In this document: piece by piece, positions 61,081 through 64,000 of the stretch | How the letters are laid out: every line of letters starts with the position of its first letter | Numbering within the stretch: position 1 is the first letter of the stretch | Source of the DNA: Verrucomicrobiales bacterium | GTDB taxonomy: Bacteria > Verrucomicrobiota > Verrucomicrobiia > Verrucomicrobiales > V1-33 | Length of the DNA stretch: 64,000 nucleotides | Reading direction: 5' to 3' | NCBI GenBank assembly: GCA_031411295.1 | Contig: JANOAV010000041.1 | Span: 29,282 to 93,281, forward strand | The notes under the pieces: model-generated | Seen by the model: the letters and a program-made list of their open reading frames with translations, nothing else | The model's database searches: none | What the model was told of the DNA's origin: nothing | Program-made: the position numbers and the translations under genes

Positions 61081-62238
61081 TCAACCGCCCCGTCGCAGCG
61101 CTTCGGCAATGCGCAGGCGCATGGCCTGCCACGCAGGCAGGATCCCTGCGATCAATCCCAACGCAACGGCCAGGATGGCTCCGATGATGAGATGCTGCGT
61201 CGGCAAATCGAAGACTGGCAGGAGGTTTGGCACCGGATTGCCTGCGGAGATGATGGCCCACGCCAGACCGAGACCCGCAAACCCGCCGATGCTGGCGATC
61301 AAGCAGGATTCCAGAATCACGAAAATGAGCACCAAGCGGTTGGGGAAGCCGATGGCTTTCAAGACGCCGAGTTCCTCCGTGCGTTCGCGCACCGACTGGG
61401 CCATGGTATTTCCCGCTACTAGTAAAATAGTGAAGAACACCGCGCTGACCACGGCGGTCACGATGGCTCCGATATCACCCACCTGCTGGGCGAAGCCTTG
61501 GGCAAAGGCTCCCTCGCCCTCGGTCTTGGTTTCGTAGGCGGAATTGGCAAATTGCTCGTCAATTTTCTCCGCTACTTCCGCCGCCTTGGCGGGATCCGCC
61601 ACGCGGACGAGATACCATCCCACCTGCCCCTTGTTCTTTTGCCGGGCCTCCTCGAAGTAGTCGTAGCGGAAGAAGAAGCTGGTCAGATCCGCTCCCTTCT
61701 TGGCCCCTTCGTAAATGCCGACGATTTCAAAGTCCCATTCCGTTTCATCTTTCGGTTCACCCCAGATGGGAGATTTAATCGGCACGTGATCGCCCACCTT
61801 CCAGCCGAAACGTTCGGCGGTAAGCTTTCCGACGATGGCCCCCGTGCGTTTCTCAGCCCACGTTTTTCGCACGGCATCCGACACCAGATACTCCGGATAC
61901 ATCGCCAGGAAATCTGTGGGCTCCACCGGCATGGTGGGAAAGAAATTTTTTGGGTCTTGGTAAATGCCCCCAAACCAAGTCTGGTGGCTCACTCCCGTGA
62001 CATCCGGCAGGGAGGCCAGACGCGCTTTGTAACTTTCTGGCAACGTTTGGATCAGGGAAACTTTATGCCGCATCACTAACCGATCCGCCCCAGCCATGTT
62101 CACCCCACCATTGAGCGCTTGTTGAATGGCTCCCAGGAAACCGTAAAGCAGGAATGCCACCAGAATCGACAACAGCGTCAAGGCAGTGCGCAGCTTCTTG
62201 CGGGTGAGCCCGGCCCAGATGAGAGGGAAGAATTTCAT
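61081..62238 (-). CDS. ABC transporter permease (MacB/FtsX type), first permease
   Basis: RKKLRTALTLLSI; GNTMAQSVRERTEELGVLKAIGF. Confidence 0.9.
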   Translation of the reverse strand: MKFFPLIWAGLTRKKLRTALTLLSILVAFLLYGFLGAIQQALNGGVNMAGADRLVMRHKVSLIQTLPESYKARLASLPDVTGVSHQTWFGGIYQDPKNFFPTMPVEPTDFLAMYPEYLVSDAVRKTWAEKRTGAIVGKLTAERFGWKVGDHVPIKSPIWGEPKDETEWDFEIVGIYEGAKKGADLTSFFFRYDYFEEARQKNKGQVGWYLVRVADPAKAAEVAEKIDEQFANSAYETKTEGEGAFAQGFAQQVGDIGAIVTAVVSAVFFTILLVAGNTMAQSVRERTEELGVLKAIGFPNRLVLIFVILESCLIASIGGFAGLGLAWAIISAGNPVPNLLPVFDLPTQHLIIGAILAVALGLIAGILPAWQAMRLRIAEALRRGG

Positions 62239-62240
62239 GG

Positions 62241-62939
62241 TTACTCGGCGGCGGTGGCGGAAAGTTGACCTTTATCCAAGTGGACCGTCCGTGTGGCGCG
62301 AGCGGAAGCATGAGGATCGTGCGTCACCATGATGATGGTCTTTCCTTGATCCCGATTCAACGCCTGTAACAGGGACAAAATTTCATCACCCGACTTCCGA
62401 TCCAAGTCACCCGTGGGTTCATCGCACAGCAAGACCGTGGGATCCGTCACAATGGCCCGGGCAATCCCCACGCGTTGTTGCTCGCCCCCGCTGAGTTGCC
62501 GGGGATGGTGCCGCGTGCGATGCGATAAGCCGACAACATTTAAAGCCGTGGCCACGTGGGCTTGTCGTTCGGCTTTCGTTAAATGGGTTAGCAGTAACGG
62601 CAACTCCACATTCTTCTCCGCGTTCAGCGCTGGCAGTAAATTGTAAAACTGAAAGACAAACCCAATATGCCGCGCCCGCCAGGCCGCGAGCTGTCGATCC
62701 GAGAGTTGATCAATTTTATCTTCGCCAATCTGCACGCTGCCAGTGGTGGGCCGATCCAATCCGCCGATCAAATTCAGCAGCGTGGATTTGCCAGAACCCG
62801 AGGGCCCCATCAGCGCCAAGAATTCCCCTTGCTTGACCTCCAAGTTCAATCCGGCCAGCACCTGAATTTCTTCAGAGCCTCGCTTGAAGGTTTTCGTGAC
62901 GGAGTTGACGTGGACCAGGGTGGGGATGGTTTCGCTCAT
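62241..62939 (-). CDS. ABC transporter ATP-binding protein
   Basis: GPSGSGKST, LSGGEQQRV, LCDEPTGDLD, VTHD. Confidence 0.93.
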   Translation of the reverse strand: MSETIPTLVHVNSVTKTFKRGSEEIQVLAGLNLEVKQGEFLALMGPSGSGKSTLLNLIGGLDRPTTGSVQIGEDKIDQLSDRQLAAWRARHIGFVFQFYNLLPALNAEKNVELPLLLTHLTKAERQAHVATALNVVGLSHRTRHHPRQLSGGEQQRVGIARAIVTDPTVLLCDEPTGDLDRKSGDEILSLLQALNRDQGKTIIMVTHDPHASARATRTVHLDKGQLSATAAE

Positions 62940-63020
62940 GGGAATATATTTTGCGACACCTACCGCCGAGCCGCCATCGCCTCAAGGTGGAAATTCTCCG
63001 ATCGCGAAATTTTACCACCA

Positions 63021-63957
63021 GCGCGCTCTGCGGTAAATCCATCAACCCGCAGCGGTCAGAATTACCGCAGAGGACGCAGAGGAGCGCAGAGCTAGAATTG
63101 TTGCGAATGAGGCAGGACGGCTATTTCAAAGGCAACTCACCCGTGTTCACCGTGCGCTCGGCCCCACATCCTCGGCGCCTCTCTGCGCTCTCTGCGGTGA
63201 ATCCACCAAACCGCAGCCATCAGACTTACCGCAGAGAACGCAGAGGACCGCAGCTAGCTTTTTTGGCAATGAAGGAATAAGTTATTATTTTCTGGAGACA
63301 ACTGTAGCGTTGTGCTAGGGGATTCACACTATGAAAATCAATGACATTTCCGCTCAGATCCTCGACGCATCCATTAAAGTTCATCGCAACCTGGGTCCAG
63401 GGCTTTTGGAATCCGCTTATGAAGCCTGCCTGGCTTATGAGTTGCGGCAACGAGGCTTGAAGGTGCTCACTCAAGTGAGCCTGCCAGTCATCTATGAAGA
63501 GGTAAAATTAGATGTCGGCTATCGGGTGGATCTTTTGGTCGAGGACACAGTTATCATAGAGCTGAAGGCGGTCGAAAAGGTTACCAACCTGCACCAAGCG
63601 CAACTCCTCACCTATCTCAAACTTGCGGAGAAACAGTTGGGCCTGCTGATCAATTTCAACGTGCTCAAACTCGTAGATGGCTACCAACGAATGGCCAACG
63701 AGTTAAAGGAGTAACCATGCACTCAGTCCCTCATTCTCTGCGAATCTCTGCGCCCTCTGCGGTAAATCCACCAAACCGCAGCCATCAGAATTACCGCAGA
63801 GAACGCAGAGGACCGCAGAGCTAAACTTGTTGCGGATAAGAGAAGAAGGCCATCTCTCTAAAGCAACGATTCCCTGTTCACCACGCGCTCGGCCCCTCAG
63901 CCTCTGCGAATCACTGCGCTCTCTGCGGTAAATCCACCATCCCGCAGCCATCAGAAT
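63021..63957. repeat. Tandem array of inverted-repeat-bounded units with a constant 25-bp linker, one unit carrying GxxExxY
   Basis: Linkers at 63037-61, 63201-25, 63766-90 and 63932-56 (consensus atccaccaaaccgcagccatcagaa); unit ends ttaccgcagagNNcgcagag / ctctgcgNNctctgcggtaa. Confidence 0.9.
63331..63714 (+). CDS. GxxExxY protein (PD-(D/E)xK nuclease superfamily)
   Basis: VHRNLGPGLLESAYEACL; YRVDLLVEDTVIIELKAV; HQAQLLTYLK; GLLINF. Confidence 0.95.
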   Translation: MKINDISAQILDASIKVHRNLGPGLLESAYEACLAYELRQRGLKVLTQVSLPVIYEEVKLDVGYRVDLLVEDTVIIELKAVEKVTNLHQAQLLTYLKLAEKQLGLLINFNVLKLVDGYQRMANELKE

Positions 63958-64000
63958 CAAGGCAGCGAACGCAGTCCTGATCAGGCAGCCCACATTTCGG

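Noticed and set aside
63021..63957. CRISPR array
   Set aside because: The intervening segments are ~140 bp and homologous to each other, one contains a gene, and no cas genes are in the window.

Overview
GC-rich bacterial chromosomal segment. Gene content and protein families point to Verrucomicrobiota, probably Prosthecobacter/Verrucomicrobiaceae-like (inference). Housekeeping anchors are nusA-infB, cbpA-cbpM, hemB, argG and tRNA-Arg(TCT). They are interleaved with large secreted repeat proteins (SdrD-B/delta-60, FG-GAP, RHS toxin, LTD/CotH, PQQ/LamG), four paralogous membrane-anchored helical-repeat proteins, three ABC modules and small accessory inserts. Most notable: (1) a GxxExxY nuclease gene sitting as the 'filled' unit in a tandem array of inverted-repeat-bounded units separated by a constant 25-bp linker; (2) a PHP-SMC/ABC ATPase plus Schlafen/AlbA_2 two-gene candidate defence module; (3) a BlaI-type repressor fused in frame to a histone-H1-like peptide with its own RBS/ATG, with a BlaI-type operator upstream and no BlaR partner; (4) a mosaic RHS toxin with no clear immunity gene; (5) a rimP-leader-like hairpin in front of nusA although rimP is absent; (6) an ABC operon apparently split by an oppositely oriented 5-kb block. 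All calls come from reading motifs by eye; no database searches were run.
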